DNA of 64,000 nt from Cyanophora paradoxa CCMP329 (GCA_004431415.1 QPMI01000524.1:209572-273571), one strand, 5' to 3'. Shown: positions 43,136 to 54,499, numbered from the stretch's first letter. Notes: a model not told the origin generated them from the letters alone. Numbers and translations are program-made.

Positions 43136-44521
43136 ATGTCGCGGATCGTTAGAAGAGTAGCAGGAGAGGAAACGGAGACGACCCTGTTACCAATCGCGGT
43201 TCCCGATTACGAAAAAGTACCCCAAAAAATTACAAAACGCCAAGCAAAATCCAATCTATTAGGAGATGTTCCTTTTAGACTTGCTAACCCATCCTCTAAG
43301 ATCGTGCGGCGCATGTATGACCCCAAGACAGGTTTTAAGAACCCCTCCGCAATATACGAAGAGCTCAAAAAAGAGGACAAGAGCCTCACATTGAAAGATG
43401 TGCAAGAGGTCGCAGCGAAACAAGAATTTATGCAGATCAACAAGAAGCCCCCCGCACCGACTCAAACAGCTTTTATTCCCATTACAGCCCCGCCGTGGAG
43501 CTACCAAGCGGATCTCATCTTTTATCTCTCTTATGGCAACTATAATTCCGGCTACATTGCAGTCCTTACTCTCATTGAGATGACGAGCCGAAAAGCGTAT
43601 GCCAAGAAGTTAAAGAACAAAGAGGGGGCGAGTGTTGCCGCCGCTTTTGCCGAGGTGCTTACAGAGCTCCCGGCTCCAATGGTTCGATTGGAGACAGATA
43701 ATGGCTCCGAATTCGTCGCAAAGGAATTTCAGGAGGTCGTTAAAAGCAATGGAATAGAGCACCGCTTCAAGCAGGTCGGAGATCACACTTCGCTTGGAAT
43801 AATGAATCGCTTTCATTTGACCCTAAAAACGATGATAAACAATTACTACTGTGTCGCATATAATACAGTGCGGTTCATGGACAAGCTGGACGACTTCGTT
43901 TTCAATTACAACAACACCCTTCACCGAACCATAGGAATGAAACCGGAGGATGTTAAGCTCTCAGATATGGCGCGGATCCGAGCGACTATTATCTCAAAGA
44001 AGAATACGATCGTCAAGGATATATTCAGCGACTTTAAGCCTGGTCTCCACGTCCGCCTGTTATTGTCGAGATCGAAGTTCGATAAAGGGGCGACTCAAAG
44101 GTATAGCAGAGAGGTGTACAAGATTGTGGGAAGGAAAGGGAACGCAATAGAGGTGCAAGACGCAGCCGGGAACATCATGCCGAAGCTGTTTAAGCCGCAC
44201 GAATTGCAGATTATCTCAGAGGTCGAGGCAGTGGTGGAGCCCTCGGGCAACGCAATTAAATCAGCCGAAGTAGAAGCAGCTTCGATCCGGCAGGTTCAAA
44301 AGGAAGGTATAGATGTTGCCGCAAGTGTTCCGAAAGGGGCTCTATTGGAAGATCGCGCAGAAAAGACAAAGAGGGCTCTGAGGGAGCTCGCTAAATTAAC
44401 GATCGCGGGAACTGAGAAGCTCTCAGAGGTTAACAGTCAGAGGTGGTATAAATCATTCAAGAATCAGAGCGCAAGCTACACAGCCCCTACTACCCGTATT
44501 CTGCGGTCTTCTCGTTCATAA
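43136..44521 (+). CDS. Polinton-type rve integrase (D126, D188, N224)
   Basis: YQADL, SRKAY, ETDNGSEF, GIMNRFHLTLK, YNNTLHRTIGMKP, and an SH3-like FKPG.HVR...FDKG...YS.EVY.I. No chromodomain. Confidence 0.95.
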   Translation: MSRIVRRVAGEETETTLLPIAVPDYEKVPQKITKRQAKSNLLGDVPFRLANPSSKIVRRMYDPKTGFKNPSAIYEELKKEDKSLTLKDVQEVAAKQEFMQINKKPPAPTQTAFIPITAPPWSYQADLIFYLSYGNYNSGYIAVLTLIEMTSRKAYAKKLKNKEGASVAAAFAEVLTELPAPMVRLETDNGSEFVAKEFQEVVKSNGIEHRFKQVGDHTSLGIMNRFHLTLKTMINNYYCVAYNTVRFMDKLDDFVFNYNNTLHRTIGMKPEDVKLSDMARIRATIISKKNTIVKDIFSDFKPGLHVRLLLSRSKFDKGATQRYSREVYKIVGRKGNAIEVQDAAGNIMPKLFKPHELQIISEVEAVVEPSGNAIKSAEVEAASIRQVQKEGIDVAASVPKGALLEDRAEKTKRALRELAKLTIAGTEKLSEVNSQRWYKSFKNQSASYTAPTTRILRSSRS

Positions 44522-44560
44522 CAAACCCCAAAATTATTTTCTCCGGTGAATATAAAAGCG

Positions 44561-44875
44561 ATGGAGGGTGAAAAGCAATTCATTGATATTCCCTATGATA
44601 AAAAAGACGTTGCGAAGTCCCTTGGTGGAAAGTGGGATCCCGAGAATTTATGCTGGTATGTGACGAAGAAAGATCACTCGCTCTGTTCTCTGTTCAAGAC
44701 TCTAAGCTATGAGCAAGTGCATCAGAGGAACGTGAAGGTTTACCTTGATATTCCCTTTGAATTAAAGGATCAGGCAAAGGCTGAGAAAGCCCGGTGGGAT
44801 CCCGTTATGAAATCCTGGTATGTCATGGGGCTCGATCACCCGCTGATTGGAAAGTTTCCGCTCAAAGAGCATTAA
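44561..44875 (+). CDS. Tandem DUF5710-like domain protein
   Basis: Two repeats: IDIPYDKKDVAKSLGGKWDP...WYV and LDIPFELKDQAKAEKARWDP..KSWYV. Confidence 0.8.
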   Translation: MEGEKQFIDIPYDKKDVAKSLGGKWDPENLCWYVTKKDHSLCSLFKTLSYEQVHQRNVKVYLDIPFELKDQAKAEKARWDPVMKSWYVMGLDHPLIGKFPLKEH

Positions 44876-44908
44876 GCGCTAAATATATAAAAACACTTTT
44901 TTCATTTT

Positions 44909-45301
44909 TTATGAAATTGGGAACCTTTGCTCTACCTGCAAGTCCCACTTTCGTACTTTGAGTCGTTTCTGTATGAGATCGTTGATGTCCTGAGCTATTC
45001 CCATTGTCTTCGCTTCCGCATTTGAGCCGCAGGTAAAGATATCGATTGCCAATAGCCCCTGATCGCTATAAGAGTGAGCTGTGGCATGTGACTCATCTAA
45101 TAGAAAGCCAATCGCGAAACCGGGAGGGGAAGAAGAACCGTCGAAAATGCAGGTGTGCTGGTGAACAATTCGTATTTTGCGATCTGTGATATAGCGTGAT
45201 AGGTTCGCTGTGATCCACTCAGCGCATGCCTCCGGGGACTCGGTGAACGGGTCGGTTATATAGTCGAGCATAACGTGGTAGCCGCGGTATCGGGAATCCA
45301 T
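44909..45301 (-). CDS. speD: Bacterial-type (class 1B) pyruvoyl S-adenosylmethionine decarboxylase proenzyme
   Basis: G.H..LD, F....PPG.....LLDESHATAHSY...G..AIDIFTCG. The E|SH self-cleavage site is intact. Confidence 0.85.
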   Translation of the reverse strand: MDSRYRGYHVMLDYITDPFTESPEACAEWITANLSRYITDRKIRIVHQHTCIFDGSSSPPGFAIGFLLDESHATAHSYSDQGLLAIDIFTCGSNAEAKTMGIAQDINDLIQKRLKVRKWDLQVEQRFPIS

Positions 45302-45689
45302 TATTATTTAAGTCGATATTTTTGTGAGCTATGTTGTTTCGTAGCCGCCAAATCGCGCCCTTTGCGAATCAGACCGCGCCACTTCGTAGTAGTGTAGAAC
45401 TACTCTATACGCGCGCGGACGCAAAGTATGACTAGTGGAGCCCTCCGGGAACGCGCGCCGGCGCTCAGAATGTAGCGGACACCTCCGTTTTCGGGCACTT
45501 GTGCAGAAATCGAAGTCGGTCTTTGCTCCACGGTAGGCTAAGCTAGTCAAATGATACCCGTCATGCCCGGAATCAAGTTGTGAGCACATAGCAATTGAGA
45601 GCGCGCCGAGATCGGCTTCCTGTCCAAAGTTATGCGGGAAAAACGGAAGGGGGGGTCTCCGCGAAGTCGCGATCGCCGGTGTTATCAAG

Positions 45690-45718
45690 TCGGGACTCGG
45701 GACTCGGGACTCGGGACT
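45690..45718. repeat. (TCGGGAC)x4 heptamer array
   Basis: tcgggactcgggactcgggactcgggact. Confidence 0.9.
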
Positions 45719-45832
45719 TGAAAATTGCAACCGGCAACAGTGGCAAGTCGGTCACTGAGTCAGTCACTGGTCAGTTATATACATATATATATATGCCACG
45801 TCATCAATTGCTGAGCACACTACCCGGCTATC

Positions 45833-45879
45833 AGCCTCTGGTCTCAATTCTGACCGAAGGGAAGAAGAGACCAGAGGCT
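45833..45879. other. Perfect 13-bp inverted repeat with a 21-nt loop
   Basis: agcctctggtctc ... gagaccagaggct, immediately followed by CTAGT. Confidence 0.85.
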
Positions 45880-48800
45880 CTAGTATCCACTTTTGATCCA
45901 CAAATCGAGGTTCCTCTCGAGGTTTTGGGTATTAGGTATGCTATGGATCGCTGTTAAAGATTCCGTGATGTCATTATGATGTCATTATGACAATGACCTA
46001 TTGTTAAAAGATTCGGAGATGTCACTATGACGATCAATAGGTGTTAATAGATTCTGTCAGCTGACTGTGGTAGGGTACGGTGATATTGTGAAGTTCTGCA
46101 GCCTCTTACTGGGCTTGGTGGTGAACAGGCGGCATCGCTGGCCGGCGGTCGCGATCGTTCGCGATCGCGCATCGGGTTCATTAGAAATACGTATCCCACA
46201 TTGCCGTCCGCCACATACCCCTCTGCGCTTGTCATCTTGCAGCTGAGGTGCTCTGCCGCTTCAACTGTTGCGCGCGTGTCGCCGACGCTTGCCATCGCTT
46301 TCCCGGTATCGATGGCATCGTCGGAACGGCCGGCAAGTCGGGAAGTGCCGGCAGTTCCCGTGCTGTGTGGGTGCCGGCCCGGGGCTGGCGTTCAATGCGC
46401 CCTTGCGTGGGCCGCATCCTGCAGCAGACGTTCCCCGAAGGCGCCGCTACACCCGTCGATGACCTCGTTGCCGGGCTGTATCGGAGCGCGGTTCGTCCTG
46501 TCAGTGTTTTGCGCCGTCGTACGCGCGCGTTTCCTCCGTAATCGTATACGTATTTCGTGCCGCAGTTAGTGCTCGCACGCGATGATCAGAGCCGCGTCGT
46601 TGAGTGGCCAGTGGCCGACTCTGCGCTCCTCTTACTGTGCCACGCCGTCACTTGTATCTCTGCCCTTTCAGCGGAGGATCGGGCGAAAGTCATCGCTTTG
46701 GCTGCCGCGGACCAGGTGCATTCCGCCCGTTCGTCTCTCTTTGGAGATGGCACGGCCTGATCGAGAGCGTGGTTACTGATTTGCAGCGGATTTCTAGGAT
46801 GCTCACCGCCGCTAACATCGATCTCGCGAATATCGATGTCGACGAAATGGGGCAGAGATATGAGGTGTGCATGTACGATTGCCTTTTCATAGATCTGCGG
46901 CCAGCCATATCATGATACCTGCCTCTCTGATGTCACAGAGCGAGTTGACGGAGTTTGCAAGTGCTGATTCCGCCGCCCGGATGGCCCTTGATCCTGGTCA
47001 AATCTATGAACATTGCCAGTTTCTGGCTGAGGTCCAGCTAACGCGGTACAACTTCAAGAGCGCGGGGAATGTCGCACTGGTGGGTTTTTTGTGCCTGTTA
47101 TTTGCGCATTCGTCCCCCTCGTTCTCTGTTGATCGCCTGAACCTTGCAGGTTGGCATGTCCTTTCAGCAGACGATCCTCAAGCTGAATTCAAGCATTCCG
47201 TCGTACCCCGTTCTTCATTATACCCTGGCGCTGTCCCGGCTGGAGCAGGGGATATCTCCGGTGCTACGTATTGGGCTGAGGCGCGGGGAAGCTGCTTGCT
47301 CTGTCTTTCGCGTGGCGCGTTACTAGTTGCTGACTTAGAGCGTGCAGGCCGCATTCAAGCTTATCAGGGACACCGACGCGACCGAAAGCAAGCGCTGCTG
47401 TGTATGGGATCACTTGTTCATTAAGGTAGAGTGCCTGATCCGGCGACTGGCACTTTTGTCTGATGAGGTTCTCCGCTATTGCGAGGTTAGTAACCTCTCT
47501 ATTCGCTATCTAGAATATGCATTCCCTCCCTAGGATATGCATTGTTGATTAACCGGCAGCTGCTGTGGTGGATCTCTGAGCGGTGTTGCGGGTCCTGCCT
47601 ACTGTCGCAATACCGTCTCGAGCGAGCTGCTTCCACTCTTGGCACTATGTTCATGTGGGTGGACCGGTCGAGCGACGCAAGCAACGTCTACCAAGTTAGT
47701 GTGGCTCACGTGCATTGCTTTCGCTTCTTCTTTGACACGGGGCTGATTTGCAGAAATTCGTGATGCTCACCGAGGAGAAAATCGGCAAGCATACTGTGCA
47801 CTATGTAAGGGCACTCATGCATGGTGCTGCTTTCAACGAGAAGGTTCTCAAGCGCATCGACAGAGCCCAGTCGCTTACCAAGGTGCATAATTGCCTTGGC
47901 TGATGTAGTCGGGGCGTGCAATGTGGCTGTAATTGAACTCGTGCAGATAGCGATACTGATCGCAGCCGACGTCGACCGGAACCTGTTAACCTTCCGCGAG
48001 AACGGACGGGTGTGTCACGGCGCTCTCGCGATAATAACGTGCCTCGTTCGCTGATGTTGCCTTGCCATGGATATTCTCACTGTGTCTATCTGGTAGATTG
48101 CGCGACTCTACGTGAACCTTTCGGATTACAATCTTCTACCGGTCGAACAAGTTCGTCGCCGTCAGGGGCAGTGCCCCCTGTATAGGTCATACATAGGGTT
48201 CAGGAGTGCATCGACTGTCCTCTTTCTTCCCCACTTCCCTGAACTGGGCTTGTTTTTATATGCTGTCCATTGAATGGACGTGATTGAGCGTCTGTATGTG
48301 CTCGTGTACAGCAGTTCGCTGAATTTAGGGACTTTTGCATCCAGTGACGTTAGCTGGTTGCCTCTGGTTCGCCCTCCGGGTCCCTGCCTCGTTGTTCGAG
48401 TGCCTACTGTGCTTTCCGCGTCCCGCCTCGCGTTCGATGGGTGGTGCCGCTATCCTGCTTCCATCCGGGCAATGAACGGTCGTTTGTCTCGTGCGGCATC
48501 TACGGCATGCAGACACGCTGAATGCTGCAATGAGCTCACGCGTATACGTATGTATACGCGAATGCGGGAACCGACTTGATTATCTGTGTACCCGGCACTT
48601 CGTTCACCGGCCCTCCTTGTCACTGTTCGGCGCTCGTTGTCCGTTTTTGAGCCGCTGCTGGTTGATGCGATCGGGCGGGCGCTTCTTCACCATCTGCCGT
48701 ATTGTCCCTGCCGTGTGATGCCTCCCAAGAGAAGGTGTGTAACCGTAGCGGTTTCAAGCACTTTCGTCAAAGTGATCTGATCGCCGAGCCGTAGCTCATC

Positions 48801-49182
48801 TGTTTTGAACTCGGCCGGACGCGAGGCTGCCGTCTCTGTTCCGGCTGAGGGCTACGGGGCAACTGACGAGCATGTTGACGTGTGTCCCTTTTTGCGTCTG
48901 CCGCTGGTGTCTTTATTCTTGACGCACGTTTGCCTAGGGATGGAGAATGCGCGTGGAACTCCAATTGGGAAGCGCGGCAAGGGGAATCAAGCGCGGCAGA
49001 GGACGATCAGCCGGCCGCATTCAGAACAGACAGTCCCATCCTCCAAGGATTGGCTAACGGTGAAAGCGTAATGATTGCGTTGGTTATGGTTTTTCTAGCT
49101 TCGTGTGCTGACATGAGACGCGCAGGACGTTCACGTTGCCTGCACGACATCTGGGGCTCTCAAGTCCAAGAAGTACAATCAC

Positions 49183-49809
49183 TTGCTTCAGCGCGTGATG
49201 CTCGCGTACCCGATGCACGAGCAGCTGCTCCTGCAGTCTCTACGCAGCCTGAGTACTCCAGATAGAGCGGCGAACCTTATGTTGAATGGTGGTAGTGCTG
49301 TGTGCTTTTCGTGTCCTGTTACTACAGGGGACAACGTTGATCCCCGCGGATTTGGAGAGCATTTTTGCCTGATGTCCGTAATGAAGGAGTTGAAGCAAAT
49401 TCGCTGGTTCGATTCGAAAGGAGACGGCATGCCGGAAGAGCTAGAGGTAGAGCTACATCGTCTTTTCCCAGATTATATCTGCACTCTTGCAGTTCCACCT
49501 GGCTTCAAGCTGCAGACTGGAGTGATTAATTGCGGCGATTGGGTTTGTGTCTGCTTCGAAGCTACTTTGGAGGAGCTTGATATTGGCATGAGCTCGCCTG
49601 TCTGGCCTGCTGCAGTCGATTGGATTGCCCTCGATATTGCGAACTTCAGCGTTGAGGAGATGACGAAGGTCATGACGATATCAAGATCGAACCACACCTT
49701 TATTTCGCGCAAACGCAAGACTTCCATCGCTCTGATGGAGGAGCAAGTTATGAAGTCCACGGACCAAGTTCCTGCGTTGGACTTTTCTGCATGTTCGTCC
49801 TGCCTATAG
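49183..49809 (+). CDS. Ulp1/C48-family cysteine protease domain (terminal exon of a host or TE gene)
   Basis: Catalytic residues in the expected order: GEHFCL, WFDS, LQTGVINCGDWV. Confidence 0.65.
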   Translation: MLQRVMLAYPMHEQLLLQSLRSLSTPDRAANLMLNGGSAVCFSCPVTTGDNVDPRGFGEHFCLMSVMKELKQIRWFDSKGDGMPEELEVELHRLFPDYICTLAVPPGFKLQTGVINCGDWVCVCFEATLEELDIGMSSPVWPAAVDWIALDIANFSVEEMTKVMTISRSNHTFISRKRKTSIALMEEQVMKSTDQVPALDFSACSSCL

Positions 49810-50134
49810 CGGTATATGTCTACTTTCCTGTTATCCCTTGGATGATGTTTTCATTGCGGCAGGTGTGATGCCCTCCACTATTTTTTCGTCGGACTAAACT
49901 TCTGGAAGCTTAAGGTCTGTGGCTGCATGACTGCCAGCGCCGCGGCGCTGCTCTCACTTCTGAGAAGCCAGCTAGTATTACACTTGTATTCGTACAATTT
50001 AGTTTGTCGGCCGCGGGCGGGCGTGGCGGGGCGGGCGGGGCGGGGCGGGTCAGGGCGGCCACGGGGCAGGGCGGACGCTGGTGGGCGGGGCGGCCGCTGG
50101 GCGGGCCTGTGGGGGTGGCCGGTGCGGATAGTCC

Positions 50135-53100
50135 CGGCCGTCCCGGTCCAGCCGCGAAAGCGCCTCGAGTTGGGTTGCCTGCGCTCACCTAGTCGCGCGG
50201 GGCGCGGCGTCGAAGGGCGGGGAGGTGCGCACGAAGCGAGAGATGAGCCGCCGCTATGCCCCGGCCGCCGCCGGCGCGAGGACGCTGCGAGTTCACCTCC
50301 CTGTGCCCGCCCCGTCGCGCGAGGCGTGGACGCGGAGAGCACAGTATGCACCCGCTGCGTCCGGGCCGCGCCCGCCGCGAAGGCGCCGCGACTCGGTGAG
50401 GCGAGCTACCTGCGCCCGTCCGGTCGCACAGGGCGCGGCGTGGAAGGGCGGGGAGGGCCGCACCAAGCGAGACATGGGCCGCCGCTGCACCCCGGCCGCC
50501 ACGGCCCTGACGCGAATTGAAGGCGCCGCGAGTTGGGTCGCCTGCGTTCACCTCGTCGCGCGGGGCGCGGCGCTGAAGGTCGGGGAGGCGCGCACTAAGC
50601 AAGAGATGGGCCGCCGCTGCGTTCCGGCCGCCCCCGCCGCGCGGGCGTCGTGAGTCGAGATCCCTGCGCCCGTTCCGTCGCGCGAGGCGCGGCGCCGAAG
50701 TGCTTGGAGGCCCGCACCAAGTAAGAGATGGTCCGCCGCTAGCACTGCGCCCTGCGAGGCGGGTCGACTGCGCTCGGCTTGTCGCGCGGGGCGCGGCGGT
50801 GAATGGCGGGAGGCGCGCACGAAGCTATAGATGGGCCGCCGCTGCGTCCCGGTCGCCCCCGCCGCGAAGGCACCGCGAGTAGAGCTACCTGCGCCCGCTC
50901 CGTCGCGCAGGGCGCGGCTGGGAAGGGCGGGAGGTTCGCACCAAGCGAGACATGGCCCGCCGCTGCACCCCGGGCGCCCCGGCCCTGGCGCGAAGGCGCT
51001 GCGGGTCGGGTCGCCTGCCCTCACCTCGTCGCGCGGGGCGCGGCGCTTAAGGGCGGGGAGGCGCGCACCAAGCGAGAGATGGTCCGCCGCTGCGTTCCGG
51101 CCGCCCATGCCGCGCGGGCGTCTTGAGTCGAGATCCATGCGCCCGCTCCGTCGCGCGAGGCGCGGCGCCGCAGTGCGGGGAGGCCCGCACCAAGTAAGAG
51201 ATGGGCTGCCGCTGCGCCCTGCGAGTGGGTTGCCTGCGCTCTGCTTGTCGCGCGGGGCGCGGTGGCGAAGGTTGGGGAGGCGCGCACCATGCGAGAGATG
51301 ACCCGCCGCTGCGCTCCAGGCGGCTTACTATATTCTAGTCCATGTCCTAGCTAACGAACTTCGTACCGTGGACTGAAAGCAAGATGGCGAATAAGACCCA
51401 CTCCCTGGATTCGAACCAGGGTCTATGCGATGTGAGCAGCCGTTCCGGACGGCTGGTCTAGATCTTCGGTACCGAATATCCAAGCTTCCGCCCGAACCAT
51501 TTGGCCGTTGTCGCCGGTCATTTTCTCTTCGGGCGGCCTACGTAGTCCATGTCCTAGGTAATGAACTGGTAGTTATTTATCCTCTGCTAAACAATCAACG
51601 TGTGCGCCCGCAAGGAATCTATGTATCTATCTAGACCGCCGCCAGGGCTGTGGCCCCGCTGCCGTGCTTGCAGCTGCGAACTTCAGGGCTTGGCCTCTGC
51701 TTGCAGCTGCGGACTTGGCCTCTGTGACCGCCGCCGACGCACTCTAGCTTGGGATTTTTGTTCTCAATTGCTATCCTCCGGCCGTCCCGGTCCAGTCGCG
51801 AAGGCGCCTCGAGTTGGGTTGCCTGCGCTCACCTAGTCGCACGGGGCGCTGCGTCGAAGGGCGGGTAGGTGCGCACGAAGCGAGAGATGATCCGCCGCTA
51901 TGTCCGGCCGCCGCCGCCGCGAGGACGCTGCGAGTTCACCTCCCTGCGCCCGCCCCGTCGCGCGAGGCACGGACGCGGAGAGCACAGTAGGCACCCGCTG
52001 CGTCCCGGCCGCGCCCGCCGCGAAGGCGCCGCGAGGCGAGCGACCTGCGCCCGTCCGGTCGCACGGGGCGCGGAGGGGAAGGGCGGGAGGAACGCACCAA
52101 GCGAGACATGGGCCGCCGCTGCACCCCGGCCGCCACGGCCCTGACGCGAAGGCGCCGCGAGTTGGGTCGCCTGCGTTCACCTTGTCGCGCGGGGCGCGGC
52201 GCTGAAGGTCGGGGAGGCGCGCACCAAGCAAGAGATGGGCCGCCGCTGCGTTCCGGCCGCCTCCGCCGCGCGGGCGTCGTGAGTCGAGACCCCTGCGTCC
52301 GCCCGTCGCGCGAGGCGCGGTGTCGAAGTGCGGGGAGGCGGGCACCAAGCGAGAGATGTGCCGCCGCTGCGTTCCGGCCGCCGCCGCCGCGCGGGCGTCG
52401 TGAGTCGAGATCCCTGCGCCCGCCCCGTCGCGAGGCGCGGCGCTGAAGGTCGGGGAGGCGCGCACCAAGCAAGAGATGGGCCGCCGCTGCGTTCCGGCCG
52501 CCCCGCCGCGCGGGCGTCGTGAGTCGAGACCCCTGCACCCGCCCGTCGCGCGAGGCGCGGCGCCGAAGTGCTTGGAGGCCCGCACCAAGTAAGAGATGGT
52601 CCGCCGCTAGCACTGCGCCCTGCGAGGCGGGTCGACTGCGCTCGGCTTGTCGCGCGGGCGCGGCGGTGAATGGCGGGGAGGCGCGCACGAAGCTATAGAT
52701 GGGCCGCCGCTGCGTCCCGGTCGCCCCGCCGTTAAGGCGCCGCGAGTAGAGCTACCTGCGCCCGCCCCGTCGCGCAGGGCGCGGCGGGGAAGGGCGGGAG
52801 GTTCGCACCAAGCGAGACATGGCCCGCCGCTGCACCCCGGGCGCCCCGGCCCTGGCGCGAAGGCGCTGCGAGTCGGGCCCTCACCTGTCGTGCGGGGCGC
52901 GGCGCTGAAGGGCGGGGAGGCGCGCACCAAGCGAGAGATGGGTCGCCGCTGCGTTCCGGCCGCCTCCGCCGCGCGGGCGTCGCGAGTCGAGATCCTTGTG
53001 CCCGCCCCGTCGCGCGAGGCGCGGTGGCGAAGGGTGGGAGGCGCGCACCAAGCGAGAGATGACCCGCCGCTGCGCCCCGGCGGCTTACTATATTCTAGTC

Positions 53101-53233
53101 CATGTCCTAGCTAACGAACTTTGTACCGTGGACTGAAAGCAAGATGGCGAATAAGACTCACTCTGTGGATTCGAACCAGGGTCTATGCGATGTGAGCAGC
53201 CGTCCGGGACGGCTGGTCTAGATCTACGGGTAC
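50135..53233. repeat. GC-rich satellite (~110-130-bp units) arranged as two duplicated blocks (about 50135-51472 and 51780-53233)
   Basis: Recurring gcgcaccaagcgagagatgggccgccgctgc. Both blocks start with gccgtcccggtccag and end with the same ~150-bp unique tail. Confidence 0.9.
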
Positions 53234-54499
53234 TGCATATTGACGGGCCCGGCCTGCCGGTCAGCTGGTCGTTGATATTGACGCGGCCGCGCAGTTGCTC
53301 GGCCACAGGTACGGTCCGCGCTTTTATGTCATCGTGAGAGCCTCATGGCTGAGCTTCCGAAGGAATGTGTCGGGTGGGATGGTGCTAGGGATCCATGCCG
53401 GTGCGACAAGAATGAGCGATGAGCTCATTGTTCATCTGGACCGCGGTTTACCGTGCGTTCCTTCCTCCGCGCATGGCCATGGGTTGTGCTTGTCTTTCTA
53501 ACATGGAGTGCTTTCTTCTTCCGCGCGAAGCTATTGTGAGCGGACTACGATGGCATGGCGATTACAGGTTGACCGCGTCGACGTCCCGTCGTGGGTGTCG
53601 CCCTCACGGGCAACGACAGATGGATGACCACGCGGGTCGTCGCATCCTAGTTATAGTCTACGGCGAACACGGCTCAAGAATGAGTGCCACCGTGCGCCCC
53701 GTTTTCTGCGCATGTGCAGTGTTGATTCCGCTAACATCGGTCGCCCAAGGTTTAGGCTGCTGCCCTCGCATGTTCCTGATCGCAGGTTCCAGTGGCCTTC
53801 AAGCGTCTTGTCTTTAAGCGTCTACCGTCGCTGCTGCCGCCTTCAAGCGATCGCCGCTGTCTTCAAGCGTCGCCACCTTCCCGCCTCCTTCGAGCGTCTC
53901 GCGTTGTGCTGCCCTTCCCGCGCCTCCGCCCTTCCGCGTGGGGCCCGCGGCGGTGGCATGAGGGTGTGCCGACGGCCGCCTGCTCATGTTGGTCGAAGTG
54001 AGTCGAATGTTGTGTGATGTGCATGTTGTATTCTGTCACAGTGTTGCTATTTTGTGGCATGTCTTATCTGTGTGGATGCCCGCGCGCGCCCTGCATTGCC
54101 CACATGGGAGCTGGAAAATCACGGTGGCCGTGTGATTGGGGGCAGCATGTGCGAGGCGCCGGAAGGCGGGTGGGGCGGGGCGCCGGCGGGGTTCCGCGAG
54201 CATGGGCATTGAGGGCGGCCGGGCGAGCTGATGACGTGCCTCTCAATGCGGAGGACGCTGTCCTCTGTCCCCGGGGACCGCAGCTACAGCGGGTCTGCCG
54301 GGGCGGGGAGCCGGAATGCGTGGAAGGGGCGCAGGGGGCCGTAGGGGTGGCGTTGGCGAGCCGATGACGTCTCCTTCGTCGTGTAGCACGCCGTCCTCGC
54401 CCTCCCTTGGACTGCCTCTGCGGGGAGCATGTTTGAGCGGGCGGGCGATGGGGGCCGTAATTGCTTGGCGCTGAAGGTGGCGACGTCGGGGTACTGCGC

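Larger units (their letters stand above)
20660..45330. mobile_element. Endogenous Polinton-like (double-jelly-roll capsid) virus, ~25 kb
   Basis: Abrupt switch to AT-richer, intron-less, tightly packed ORFs encoding MCP, two minor capsid proteins, packaging ATPase, rve integrase and PolB-helicase. Ends are approximate; the right end may extend to about 46050. Confidence 0.93.

Noticed and set aside
20900-45404. AGTAGT (20900) and ACTACT (45399) as Polinton-type termini
   Set aside because: Complementarity stops after 6 bp and the flanks (tttcat vs ctatac) give no TSD.
45846-45870. Hammerhead ribozyme in the hairpin loop
   Set aside because: The CUGANGA/GAAA core and the three stems are not satisfied.
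49183-49809. Ulp1-like protease as the virus's maturation protease
   Set aside because: It lies about 4 kb outside the compact island, in intron-containing host-like sequence.
51380-51470. Complete tRNA gene
   Set aside because: Only a T-arm is present. The anticodon stem, D-arm and acceptor stem do not pair.
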